A DNA stretch of 64,000 nt from Candidatus Moraniibacteriota bacterium (GTDB taxonomy: Bacteria > Patescibacteriota > Minisyncoccia > Moranbacterales > GWC2-37-73), in assembly GCA_035390125.1 (NCBI GenBank), contig DAOOTD010000003.1, positions 20,122-84,121 on the forward strand, read 5' to 3'. Positions 42,601 through 49,248 of this stretch are shown piece after piece (positions within the stretch are counted from its first letter, which is position 1; each line of letters opens with the position of its first letter). Below the pieces are notes generated by a model, which saw nothing but the letters and a program-made list of their open reading frames with translations, did not search any database and was not told where the DNA came from. A program made the position numbers and the translations under genes.

Positions 42601-43328
42601 TCATCAGCTGATTTTTCTGTGTAAGCAATCTGCACGTCTACATTCTCAGGTTTAGGCAGTGTTAAATCGTATTTGAAAGTTCCATTTTCCATCGATGAGG
42701 TGATGTCATAAGCTTTGTTGGAAAGCGCACCAAGTGAAGCCATTTCTTCGTCCGTCAAAGTAATTTCTTCAATTTTCAAGTTTCCAGGATTGTCAGGCAA
42801 TTTAGTAAAAGTAACCGTTACATCTTCATTTTGGGGAGCTTTATAAGTAACGCCCTTTTCAACCGGTCCGATTTCCGCAGTCTTTCCGTCGTCACTTACA
42901 TTCCATTCCGGCTTTTCATCAGAAGCCTCTTCGGTAGAAATGTTTTCTTCATCAGATGCTTCGTCTGATTCTTCTTCCTCAACTATTTCGTTGTCTGATG
43001 GCTGGTCTGTCAGAGATGGAACATTTTCTGCGGCAGGTTCTTCAGCAACAACTGTTTCTTCGGAAGTTGAATCTTTTTCATCATCAACTGTTGTTTCTTC
43101 TTTGTCGGAATCTGAATTAACTTCATCTTCAGAAACAGATCCTGCCTCATCGGCGCTGGCAGATGGTTCATTATCTGCTCCGGCATACATCATGCCCATT
43201 GTCAAAAGATTGATTGAAGACATCTGAATAACAAACATCGGAACCATTATGATTGCCATAATTTTCTTTGCGACCTTCATTTCACTTTTGTTCAGCCTGA
43301 GCTGAAACATTTTTACGATTTTTTTCAT
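36693..43328 (-). CDS. Giant (2211-aa) Thr/Gly/Ser/Asp-rich cell-surface protein with tandem Ig-like repeats, C-terminal beta-sandwich/FN3 module and C-terminal TM anchor
   Basis: N-terminal signal/anchor (MKVAKKIMAIIMVPMFVIQ...AGA|D). A ~100-aa strongly acidic low-complexity segment follows. It has at least 4 copies of a ~104-aa repeat (APTF.SVALGSDEYVN.AEATSGV.I.V.TTGVEDG.QV.CTITDT..GSVGPV.GTISGN..TIATG.LTSL.DG.LTATCSVSD.AGNPA) and two copies of a ~220-aa module (...ADVSDAASGLD.TTCEYTLD.GANWY.GSYN.GTGRCIA.I...). The C-terminus is KPASSSQNWWYLWFTLGVAVLVGGVLWLILKRKDE. The signal peptide suggests the true start may be the MKVAKK Met at 43280. Confidence 0.8.
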   Translation of the reverse strand: MKKIVKMFQLRLNKSEMKVAKKIMAIIMVPMFVIQMSSINLLTMGMMYAGADNEPSASADEAGSVSEDEVNSDSDKEETTVDDEKDSTSEETVVAEEPAAENVPSLTDQPSDNEIVEEEESDEASDEENISTEEASDEKPEWNVSDDGKTAEIGPVEKGVTYKAPQNEDVTVTFTKLPDNPGNLKIEEITLTDEEMASLGALSNKAYDITSSMENGTFKYDLTLPKPENVDVQIAYTEKSADELEEVEPEDLKVIDEDKIDVKEDTIEANGIDHFTIFYMAPVNTGSVSASVSPSSGTAKIGDTLTITLSSTLNTLTVGACTVNSKNVAGTFAGPGGSGPYTYTLTYVVGSGDTDRASGTLPISCYLTDGGTNNLTVADFNDSNTLAVDANAPTFASVALGSDEYVNSAEATSGVNINVTTTGVEDGRQVSCTITDTVAGSVGPVTGTISGNAVTIATGVLTSLADGLLTATCSVSDAAGNPAVNGTDTATKDVAAPTTPSSIHIASNNATTTLAKSGDTVTVTATVDAGTTVTGTIGGQATTTNTVVGTTATLTRVLDASETEGAGLDFTLVSTDAAGNNATTVTKANIGDGSAVETDFTNPTCPEPTIAEGTNPNEQYAVGNVIYYTTNISGTGDFTVSEAATDSGSGIQKVNFPATGDIAGGGDVANPGPYSSLYAWSALDSYDGSSTITCYDAAGNTATSTLTIHRDNTNPSGFSVALDDNVVKDGASIVVTTTLTETGSGIASCHAYWSTDTAADGGDVDLGDLGTDCSGSVTVPNPSAGEGTYYIVVSDGSAPTLGVGDNVGLFQTTGTSSSAITVDNSSPTVDAGADVVAAAADLPVTLDATVDASIAGVASYAWSQTAGPGTVTFDDPTIEDPNATGVSVDGDYTLQLSVLDNSGNSASDTLTFTYDSTPPATPTIDVVATDDIINAAEQTATVTVTGGNEDGSTVTLNGNPTTIVTSTTWSYVLDAAAITAFGEGAETLTAVATDNAGNPNAVDGTRGITVDTSAPTFTSVALDSDEYINLAEATSSVNIDVVTTGVEDGQQVDCTITDTGTGSVGPVSGTISGNAATIATGDLTSLSDGLLTATCSVSDAAGNPAVDGTDTASKDTVVPTFSFAHFGADGYVNATEAVSGVDIDVVTNGAEDGQQVDCTITDTGTGSVGPVSGTISGNAVTIATGALTSLADGILTSTCNVSDIAGNPANPEIDIATKDTGVPTISSVALGSDEYVNLADATSGVDIDVVTTGVEDGQSVACLISDTFTYIPVSGLISGNTATISSGSLLGLNDGAIGVVCSVSDVAGNTATPRLDTAAKDVVPSTVTILTPAVSAYASGTSVFTFSSSEPGTQECNIDGGAWESCASGDTFSMLSDFAGLGETSFTLNVRDTDAAGNIGTDSRTFTKDTVAPSVTNVQAVVQSSGTDFYPYINGNVTTRIRADVSDAASGLDTTTCEYTLDNGANWYAGSYNVGTGRCIASIPATLTDGDVFTINIRVSDLVGNIGEGSAVVYTVDSEGPHTDSIAISPDPDGIYTSADPTITGTLSDTVSPITSCEYRYRVTGSGSGGWTTWMSGTWTPSGDPRTGTCTGSISGLSDGVSYDFSTRATDTLGHNGGGGENNITRTVDAAAPIVSNVRIVRTSPWTNYTPYVRGDDTFRIIADVSDAASGLDITTCEYTLDDGANWYSGSYNSGTGRCIADISPTIADGTVYTVNVRVNDMVGNQGTGTPATYTVDSANPTTDSITISPDDGTYTNANPTLTGTISDSVSPIVACEYRFRVTGDAWPASWSSATWDGSNCIADLSGLLSDGVSYDFAMRGRDSVEHWGGGGMNHITRIVDGNPPSVDAGTDKVVNALFTQDATASDDGSGIATYSWTQTSGPGTITFVSPNAEDTDISADTDGTYVARLTVTDNVGNSAYDEFTLIWDTTPPVVTLEIDPSHPDGDNHWYVSKPDVTLSAVDLNLDRIEYQIDSTSGTWTTYPSPVEIDDGEYMFYYRALDLAGNVSPIGEKHIKVDTHDPDEVEDLQATYKEDTNGVKLEWDADDSDIKDVYIYRGTTSDFKVNSSSRVAKNDHSDEDFTDYDIERGVKYYYKLVALDDAGNKSEVEKISIEIPKAGGQATVVYEGTEALPADAVVEREPIGDNNEITTPSGSDQGGQPLGSESQQKKKSIAETKPASSSQNWWYLWFTLGVAVLVGGVLWLILKRKDE
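37900..39220. repeat. Intragenic ~660-bp tandem duplication in the giant gene (encodes two copies of the ~220-aa ...CEYTLD.GANWY... module)
   Basis: For example, 38250-38345 (gtaagatccagaataccaattggctccatcatccagggtgtattcacaagtggtgatgtccaatccggaagctgcatctgaaacgtcggc) is repeated at 38910-39005 with ~85% identity. Confidence 0.7.
39490..40430. repeat. Intragenic ~311-bp tandem repeats (3 contiguous copies; copies 2 and 3 are >95% identical over >90 bp), with a further copy at 41880-42200
   Basis: ttgccagatatagttccacttacaggaccaaccgatccagtgcctgtatcagttatggtgcagtcaacttgttggccgtcttct at ~39796 recurs at ~40108 (one or two substitutions) and in diverged form at ~39491 and ~41975. The landmark spacings are 305, 312 and 1867 (= 6 x 311) bp. 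Confidence 0.8.
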
Positions 43329-43378
43329 ATTATTTTATATTTTTTAAACTTATTTAATTATTTTTTGAATTTAAAAAA

Positions 43379-43425
43379 CAAGCTAACTAAGACAGACGCT
43401 AAACGCACCTGCTTAAGTTAGCTTG
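43379..43425 (-). promoter_or_regulatory. Terminator-like hairpin plus U-tract in the 5' leader of the giant gene (candidate attenuator or insulating terminator)
   Basis: Inverted repeat CAAGCTAAC-TAAG ... CTTAAGTTAGCTTG (13 bp with one bulge, 20-nt loop). It is immediately followed on the gene strand by TTTTTT and lies 50-100 nt upstream of the start codon. Confidence 0.45.
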
Positions 43426-43478
43426 CTTAAAAAAATTGCGTGAAAAAATATTCACTTTTTTGTTATTTTATGTATTGA

Positions 43479-43503
43479 TTTTATTATAAATAAGCCACTT
43501 TGT
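43479..43503. repeat. 25-bp direct repeat in the upstream region of the giant gene, copy 1 (TTTTATTATAAATAAGCCACTTTGT)
   Basis: 21/25 identical to copy 2, 70 bp away; both lie in the AT-rich putative promoter region. Confidence 0.6.
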
Positions 43504-43548
43504 CAAAAAAGCACTTATACACACAGCTAATGTGCAATATTACTTTTA

Positions 43549-43573
43549 TAATTTTATCATAAATAAGCCGAAT
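43549..43573. repeat. 25-bp direct repeat, copy 2 (TTTTATCATAAATAAGCCGAATTGT)
   Basis: See copy 1. On the gene strand each copy reads ...GGCTTATTTAT(A/G)ATAAAA, a possible duplicated -10-like element or regulator-binding site. Confidence 0.6.
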
Positions 43574-43633
43574 TGTAAAGAATTACTCCTTTAAAATTTC
43601 GGCATTTTACAATATTTTAAAAATTTAAAACAT

Positions 43634-43658
43634 AACAAAAAAAGAAGCCTTAGGCCTC
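43634..43658 (-). terminator. Rho-independent terminator of the thioredoxin-like gene
   Basis: GAGGCC-taa-GGCTTC stem (one G-U pair), followed on the minus strand by TTTTTTTGTT. Confidence 0.5.
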
Positions 43659-43686
43659 TTTTTTTGTTATCAGAAATTTATTGGCA

Positions 43687-44754
43687 TTAGTTGCAGCTTC
43701 CTCCTTGAGTTGCAGTCTGATCTGAAGTTGAGGCTCCCTTGACGGCTGCCAGTTTTTTGGAACATTCTGCTGGAGCAACATTGAAAGAATTGCATATTTC
43801 CTGCTTATATGACTCTGGGTCTCCGTACTTATAAATTGCTTTTGAACTAACCCCATTGATTTTCATTGTTGGTGATCCGGTAGCATTGGCTCCTTTTGAT
43901 GCTTCTTCGTTTGACTTCATCAATCCCAAACCTTCTGCAGCAACACAAGAAGATATTTTAGAAGAATTTAAACTCAGTGTTTTGGCTCCTGCTTCCCAAC
44001 AGGACCCATCACTTCCGCATTTAGCATTAACATAGGATACGAAACTAAACCATTTGTCTTTTCCGTAATCCTTGAGGACGCAAGCTTCCCTTTCATTTTG
44101 GACTACTTCTTTTTCGCCATGCAACGATTCAACGGTGTCGCCGTTTACAGATACAATGTAGTGGAAATTGAAATCAACTTTATTTTTAAGCAAATCATAA
44201 ACCGGTTTCAGGGTGTCTTCTGCTTTGTTGCCGTAAGGGCAAAAACTCATAACAAATAAATCTACTACTGGCTTGTCTGCTTTAGGAATTGGCTTATTAT
44301 TTTCTTCCGACTGCTTCTTGGCTAATTCGTTTTGTTTTGCTATTTCATCAAGTGAAATCAGAGAACCGCTGACAAGTTTATTGCCGTCTTTGGTTAAATA
44401 AACTGGTTGTTCTTGGCCATTAACATTTACCATCAACTTATATAAACCGTTTTCTTTGGTCACTTCTTTAATTTCTACTTTTACTCCAGTAGCCGTATTG
44501 GCATTTAAAAATGTCTGGAATTTTTCCTTGATCATTTTTGGACCTATATCAACTTTTTCCCGATAATTCTTAAACGCAAAAACTCCTGCGATAATAATAA
44601 ACAAAACTATGGCTACAATAATTAATGTTTTGTTATTCTGCCATATTGTACAGATTTTTCCTTTGCAATTGCATTTTACCCCGCATTTGCATTTTTCTTC
44701 ATTTGACATTTGAGCAGAAGAATTTTGTTCCTCTATTTTCTTTTCATCTTCCAT
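43687..44754 (-). CDS. Membrane-anchored thioredoxin-fold (DsbA-like) protein with an N-terminal cytoplasmic Cys-rich (CKCGVKCNCKGKIC) motif
   Basis: N-terminal Cys cluster, TM helix LIIVAIVLFIIIAGVFAF, then a thioredoxin-like domain with FVMSFCPYGNKAED (active-site-like CPYG) and further Cys; 355 aa. Confidence 0.55.
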   Translation of the reverse strand: MEDEKKIEEQNSSAQMSNEEKCKCGVKCNCKGKICTIWQNNKTLIIVAIVLFIIIAGVFAFKNYREKVDIGPKMIKEKFQTFLNANTATGVKVEIKEVTKENGLYKLMVNVNGQEQPVYLTKDGNKLVSGSLISLDEIAKQNELAKKQSEENNKPIPKADKPVVDLFVMSFCPYGNKAEDTLKPVYDLLKNKVDFNFHYIVSVNGDTVESLHGEKEVVQNEREACVLKDYGKDKWFSFVSYVNAKCGSDGSCWEAGAKTLSLNSSKISSCVAAEGLGLMKSNEEASKGANATGSPTMKINGVSSKAIYKYGDPESYKQEICNSFNVAPAECSKKLAAVKGASTSDQTATQGGSCN

Positions 44755-44829
44755 AATATTTTTTTAATTAATTATTTTAAGTCCTTAGTTATTGTATAGA
44801 ACATTGAAAAATTTTACAAGTAATGTTGC

Positions 44830-44858
44830 TTGCCATTTTTTTTATTGTCTGATATAAT
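44830..44858 (+). promoter_or_regulatory. Candidate sigma70 promoter of the rpsF-ssb-rpsR operon
   Basis: TTGCCA-17 nt-TATAAT, about 155 nt upstream of the rpsF ATG. The implied 5'UTR is GC-enriched and contains a hairpin plus T-run (CTACAGGAGAGGACTTTCTTTGGGTGTAGTTTTTTT) about 55 nt before the ATG. Confidence 0.45.
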
Positions 44859-45014
44859 CATTGCACAATCAAGAAAGGCCTTATTTGATCCGCCATTGAG
44901 CCAAAAATGGATAGATCAAAAAAATCTGCACTACAGGAGAGGACTTTCTTTGGGTGTAGTTTTTTTATTCTAAAAAGAAACTTTTACATAATAATTAAAT
45001 AATTTAAGAAAAAT

Positions 45015-45542
45015 ATGCAGTACGAATTGTTTTATTTAGTCGGAGAACGCCAAGAGGCAAATCTTGATAAAATAAAAGGAGATATAAATTCCCTCCTTGT
45101 TTCAGTAAAAGCCAGCCTGCTTGAACCAGAACTTTTTGAAAAAAGAAAATTGGCCTATGAAATCAAGCATCAAAATAAAGGCATCTATATTACTCGGCGT
45201 TTCGAGCTTCCTGAAATTGAAAATACCGATGAAACGAATAGGGCAGATTTCGGAATAGAAGCAATAACAAAAAAACTTAATCTTTATAGTGATATACTGC
45301 GTTTTATGATAGTAAAAACCGAAGATCTTCCTGATCTCGGCGCTAAAGAAAGAAGAAAAGCTCAAGAAATGACCAATCAAAAACAAGCCCTTGGCCGTCC
45401 TCAACAGCGTCCTGCCAAACAAGACAATCAGACTCAAGAACCAGCTATAAAGCAGATTTCATCAGAAATTGAACAACCACAAATTACCAAAGAAGACACA
45501 AAAAATATCGACGAGCAGCTTGATAAACTTTTAGATATATAA
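45015..45542 (+). CDS. rpsF: 30S ribosomal protein S6 (with a C-terminal acidic/polar extension)
   Basis: MQYELFYLVGERQE...KRKLAYEIKHQNKGIYITRRF matches the S6 fold signature; classic rpsF-ssb-rpsR gene order. Confidence 0.85.
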   Translation: MQYELFYLVGERQEANLDKIKGDINSLLVSVKASLLEPELFEKRKLAYEIKHQNKGIYITRRFELPEIENTDETNRADFGIEAITKKLNLYSDILRFMIVKTEDLPDLGAKERRKAQEMTNQKQALGRPQQRPAKQDNQTQEPAIKQISSEIEQPQITKEDTKNIDEQLDKLLDI

Positions 45543-45592
45543 AAAATGGATATTGGTGAATATAAAAATTCACAATTATTCATGAAAAAATT

Positions 45593-46078
45593 ATGAATTT
45601 AAACAAAGTTCAGCTCATAGGGCGTTTAACACGCGATCCAGAAATACGCAATACTCCATCTGGACAAACTGTAGCCACAGTAAGTATTGCAACTAATAGA
45701 ACATGGAAAGACAAAAGCGGACAAAAGCAAGAAAAAACTGATTTCCACAATATTGTCATGTGGGGGCGAACCGCTGAAATTGCCGGCCAATATTTAACAA
45801 AGGGACAAGAAGCTTATTTTGAAGGCAGGCTTGAAACGCGTTCTTATACAGGTAAAGACGGCATAGAAAGACGAACCACTGAAATAATAGTAGAAAATAT
45901 GCAAATGGGATCCAGACCACAAGGAAGCAGCAATTATTCAGGAGCCGCAACAGCGGCTGCAGCCGCCATGGGAGCAGGAGCTGTTGCCAGCCAAAAAACA
46001 CCTGTTGCCGAAGAGATTCCTACCATCAATCTAGATGAGGAGCAGGATGAAGTAAAAATTGAAGATGTGCCTTTTTAA
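45593..46078 (+). CDS. ssb: Single-stranded DNA-binding protein
   Basis: OB-fold MNLNKVQLIGRLTRDPEIRNTPSGQTVATVSIATNR...FHNIVMWGR and the acidic C-terminal tail ...EEQDEVKIEDVPF; 161 aa. Confidence 0.9.
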   Translation: MNLNKVQLIGRLTRDPEIRNTPSGQTVATVSIATNRTWKDKSGQKQEKTDFHNIVMWGRTAEIAGQYLTKGQEAYFEGRLETRSYTGKDGIERRTTEIIVENMQMGSRPQGSSNYSGAATAAAAAMGAGAVASQKTPVAEEIPTINLDEEQDEVKIEDVPF

Positions 46079-46101
46079 ATTATTTAATATTCAATATAAC
46101 T

Positions 46102-46308
46102 ATGGAGAAAAAGACTTGCTATTTCTGTGATCAAAAAATGGATAAAATAGATTACAAAGATGCTTATCTCATAAGACGTTTCATGAATTCACAGGGAAAA
46201 ATTTATCCGCCAAAAAGACACGGCATCTGCACAAAACATCAAAGAACACTATCACAAGCTATCAAAAGGGCTCGCGTAATGGCTTTGGCTCCTTTTGTAG
46301 TTAAATAA
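46102..46308 (+). CDS. rpsR: 30S ribosomal protein S18
   Basis: CYFCDQKMDKIDYKDAYLIRRFMNSQGKIYPPKRHGICTKHQRTLSQAIKRARVMALAPF; 68 aa. Confidence 0.9.
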   Translation: MEKKTCYFCDQKMDKIDYKDAYLIRRFMNSQGKIYPPKRHGICTKHQRTLSQAIKRARVMALAPFVVK

Positions 46309-46370
46309 ATAATAAACTAAGACGGATATAGAATTCGAATCAATTCGAATAATAATTCGCGATTACCCAC

Positions 46371-46928
46371 ATGCTAGGAATCACAGAAATAAAATCTGGG
46401 AAAAATATACTTTGGGAAGGATCTCCCTATGTAGTCATGAATGCAGAACATTCAAAAACAGGACGCGCTGGAGCAGTTTTGAGAACTAAATTGAAAAATC
46501 TTTTAACCGGCAATGTTTTAGAAAAGACTTTCAATGGTTCAGATAAAGTTGATGAGGCAGATATGTCCAAAACTAAAGCTCAGTATCTGTATCCAGAACA
46601 TGACGGCTTCGTTTTTATGGACACCAGCTCTTATGATCAGTTTTCTCTTCCGAAAGATGTCGTCGGTGAAGCTAATTTATATTTGCTTGAGGGAACAGAA
46701 GTAACAGTTTTAAATTTCAACGATACCCCGGTAAACATAGAATTGCCGATAAAAGTAACCTTGACAGTGGTTGAAGCTCCACCAGGAATAAAAGGCGATA
46801 CTGCAGGCACGGGAGGTAAAGTCGTAAAAATGGAAACAGGACTTAAGGTTTCTGTTCCCTTGTTTATAAATGAGGGTGACAAACTTATCATCAATACTGA
46901 AAAAGGAGAGTATGTTTCAAGAGCATAA
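46371..46928 (+). CDS. efp: Elongation factor P
   Basis: EIKSGKNILWEGSPYVVMNAEHSKTGRAGAVLRTKLKNLLTGNVLEKTF (the KPG-loop region with KTGRAGA); 185 aa. Confidence 0.9.
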   Translation: MLGITEIKSGKNILWEGSPYVVMNAEHSKTGRAGAVLRTKLKNLLTGNVLEKTFNGSDKVDEADMSKTKAQYLYPEHDGFVFMDTSSYDQFSLPKDVVGEANLYLLEGTEVTVLNFNDTPVNIELPIKVTLTVVEAPPGIKGDTAGTGGKVVKMETGLKVSVPLFINEGDKLIINTEKGEYVSRA

Positions 46929-46970
46929 GCCTTATTAGTGTTTAAATTTCATAGAACATCAGACAAAACA

Positions 46971-46999
46971 AAAAAACACCCCGAAAGAGGTGGTTTTTT
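46971..46999. terminator. Possible bidirectional terminator between efp (+) and the 47013-47729 gene (-)
   Basis: AAAAAA-CACC-ccgaaaga-GGTG-GTTTTTTT; the stem is short (4 bp), so this is weak. Confidence 0.35.
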
Positions 47000-47012
47000 T
47001 ATAATTTTATTT

Positions 47013-47729
47013 TTATTTGCAGTGATAGATCCTTTCAACAAAAGATGTCTCTGAAATTAATACGCCATCTAGCCCATTCTCGATACAAAAAGATTTTGAT
47101 GGATCACTGCAGAGATTTCTATGAACGGCATATTTTGTTCCATCTGGTGATATATCAATCTTGATCTTAGTATCGCAAATTTTTCCCAGACTGCTCAATA
47201 CATTTACATCTAATGAATAATCCTTATATGTCTTATTTTTTTCAAAATATATTTTTAAGCTGGATGCCACCTCTGGCATATTTTTTTTAACCGCTTCGTC
47301 ATATTTCTCCTGTGCAGATTGATTTTGTGCATTTGATGATTCAGAACTTGTTGGAATATTTTGAGTAACAGCAGATTGTTGTCCATTTCTAACAGATGTT
47401 TTTTGATCTTCAACAAAAATTATATCTTGCTGTCCTTTATTTTTGTTAATACTTCTTGATATAAACCATATTAAAATTCCTATCATTATAATAGAGATAA
47501 TTGCTATAATAATTATTATTATTTTAGGATTGATTTTTTTGTCTGAAATACTTCTAACATATGATTTTGCAGGATTAATCTCTTTGTTCTGATTTTTGGC
47601 CAATAGCAATCCGTTTTTTATATCAGATTCTGGCCAGCCCTGATAAAGAAGATTTTTTATTATTGCTTCTTCCGGAGTATTTAAAATTAAAGATTGTTTT
47701 ATATAATTAACCAATTCCTGTGTAACCAT
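47013..47729 (-). CDS. Membrane-anchored hypothetical protein (cytoplasmic N-domain, one TM, extracytoplasmic C-domain)
   Basis: TM helix IIIIIIAIISIIMIGILIWFI; no recognisable family; 238 aa. Confidence 0.5.
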   Translation of the reverse strand: MVTQELVNYIKQSLILNTPEEAIIKNLLYQGWPESDIKNGLLLAKNQNKEINPAKSYVRSISDKKINPKIIIIIIAIISIIMIGILIWFISRSINKNKGQQDIIFVEDQKTSVRNGQQSAVTQNIPTSSESSNAQNQSAQEKYDEAVKKNMPEVASSLKIYFEKNKTYKDYSLDVNVLSSLGKICDTKIKIDISPDGTKYAVHRNLCSDPSKSFCIENGLDGVLISETSFVERIYHCK

Positions 47730-47780
47730 ATTTTTATTTTTTAAAAATTCACATACTCAATTATAGTATATATTTGGCAT

Positions 47781-47809
47781 AAAACAAAAATCCCGAGCTT
47801 TCGGGATTT
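47781..47809 (-). terminator. Rho-independent terminator (follows the small CPC-motif ORF)
   Basis: AAATCCCGA-gctt-TCGGGATTT 9-bp stem, followed on the minus strand by TTTTGTTTTAT. Confidence 0.55.
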
Positions 47810-47834
47810 ATATTTGTATTTGTGTTGGGTTTTT

Positions 47835-47987
47835 TAGAATAATCCTAATTGTCCAAAAAATGTAAAGACCAAAAGTGGAACCATGGCTATAAGAACAGCC
47901 AAATTAAACTCTTCTGAGCTTTGTTCTTCTTTTTTTCTCCTTGCGCAAACAGGACATGGGCATGGACTTTTTGATTTTTTTTCCATA
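47835..47987 (-). CDS. Possible small (50-aa) protein with a CPCPVC motif and one TM helix
   Basis: The minus-strand ORF encodes MEKKSKSPCPCPVCARRKKEEQSSEEFNLAVLIAMVPLLVFTFFGQLGLF. It is followed by the 47781-47809 terminator and is below the ORF-track cut-off; coordinates are approximate to within 1 nt. Confidence 0.3.
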
Positions 47988-48061
47988 TTTTTTTGCCAAG
48001 CTATAGTTTTAACTTAAGCATCGGCTGAATTTAAGATTAATTAATAAACAAAATATTTTTA

Positions 48062-48090
48062 AGACAAAAACGGGCATTAGCACCCGTTTT
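48062..48090 (-). terminator. Rho-independent terminator of recA
   Basis: AAACGGG-cattagca-CCCGTTT hairpin, followed on the minus strand by TTTTTGTCTT. Confidence 0.55.
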
Positions 48091-48182
48091 TTACCTTTAT
48101 GTTTCAATTATACTCCATTTTTCATCCTTTGTCAATGTCTTGATTAATTATAACATGGAATAATTTATAAAATACGGGTCGA

Positions 48183-49220
48183 TTATGGCATTAATTTAGC
48201 TTTATTTATTATTTCTCTAAAAATCCTATTGATAATTTTTGGATTTTCTTTCAAAAATGTTTTAGCGCTTTCCCTCCCCGCTCCCAGTTTTTCATCTTCA
48301 AATGAAAGTGCATTGCCAGATTTTTTAATTACTTCATATTTAACTCCCGCATCTATAATATCCCCGGCAAGCGAGATGCCTTCGTTATACATGATATCGA
48401 ATTCTGCAGTTTTAAATGGGGGCGCAACTTTATTTTTAACAATTTTAACTTTAGTACGGTTGCCAACTATTTCTTCACCTTTTTTTATTTGTGCGCTTCG
48501 ACGAACTTCAATACGCACTGAGGAATAAAATTTTAGAGCCTGCCCTCCTGTGGTTGTTTCGGGATTGCCAAACATTACCCCTATCTTCATACGAATCTGA
48601 TTAATAAAGATAACTGTAGCATTTGAACGCGCTATTATTGCAGTAAGTTTCCTAAGAGCTTGCGACATGAGTCTTGCTTGGCGACCGACATGCTGATCAC
48701 CCATATCACCTTCTATTTCGGCTTTAGGAACTAGAGCAGCAACTGAGTCGACTACAATAACATCGACAACTCCACTGCGTACTAAAGTCTCCACTATATC
48801 TAAAGCTTGTTCTCCTGTGTCAGGCTGAGAAATGAGTAATTCATTTATTTTAACACCTATTTTTTTAGCATATTCTGGATCTAAGGCATGTTCAGCATCG
48901 ACAAATGCAGCTGTTCCGCCCAATTTTTGTGAATTAGCCACAATATGAAGAGCCAGGGTAGTTTTACCTGAAGATTCCGGACCATAAACTTCAATGATTC
49001 TGCCGCGCGGAACTCCTCCTATTCCTAAGGCTATATCAAGAGAAATAGAACCTGTCGGAATAGATTCTACATCGACTTTTCTCACGTCGCCCAATTTCAT
49101 AATCATACCTTCGCCATATTTTTCCTGAATATCTTCAACCAGCTTGTCCACATCTTTTTTTTCTACATTTTGCATTTTTTCAACTAACTCCTTGGGATCT
49201 TTTTTTATTTTGCTACGCAT
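48183..49220 (-). CDS. recA: Recombinase RecA
   Basis: [49 protein letters not shown] (Walker A and L1 region); 345 aa. Confidence 0.95.
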   Translation of the reverse strand: MRSKIKKDPKELVEKMQNVEKKDVDKLVEDIQEKYGEGMIMKLGDVRKVDVESIPTGSISLDIALGIGGVPRGRIIEVYGPESSGKTTLALHIVANSQKLGGTAAFVDAEHALDPEYAKKIGVKINELLISQPDTGEQALDIVETLVRSGVVDVIVVDSVAALVPKAEIEGDMGDQHVGRQARLMSQALRKLTAIIARSNATVIFINQIRMKIGVMFGNPETTTGGQALKFYSSVRIEVRRSAQIKKGEEIVGNRTKVKIVKNKVAPPFKTAEFDIMYNEGISLAGDIIDAGVKYEVIKKSGNALSFEDEKLGAGRESAKTFLKENPKIINRIFREIINKAKLMP

Positions 49221-49248
49221 ATTTTTTATTTTTATTACTTTAGTAATT

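Noticed and set aside
43650-43856. 68-aa ORF overlapping the 3' end of the thioredoxin-like gene
   Set aside because: It is in frame-shifted overlap with a better-supported longer ORF (43687-44754) and covers the terminator hairpin; it is spurious.
45557-45574. GTGAAT-ataaaa-ATTCAC palindrome upstream of ssb, and the similar GTGAA-aaaata-TTCAC at 43437-43452
   Set aside because: Palindromes with 5-6-bp arms in 33% GC DNA are expected hundreds of times per window. The two sites differ in spacing. They are kept only as a weak note, not a regulatory call.
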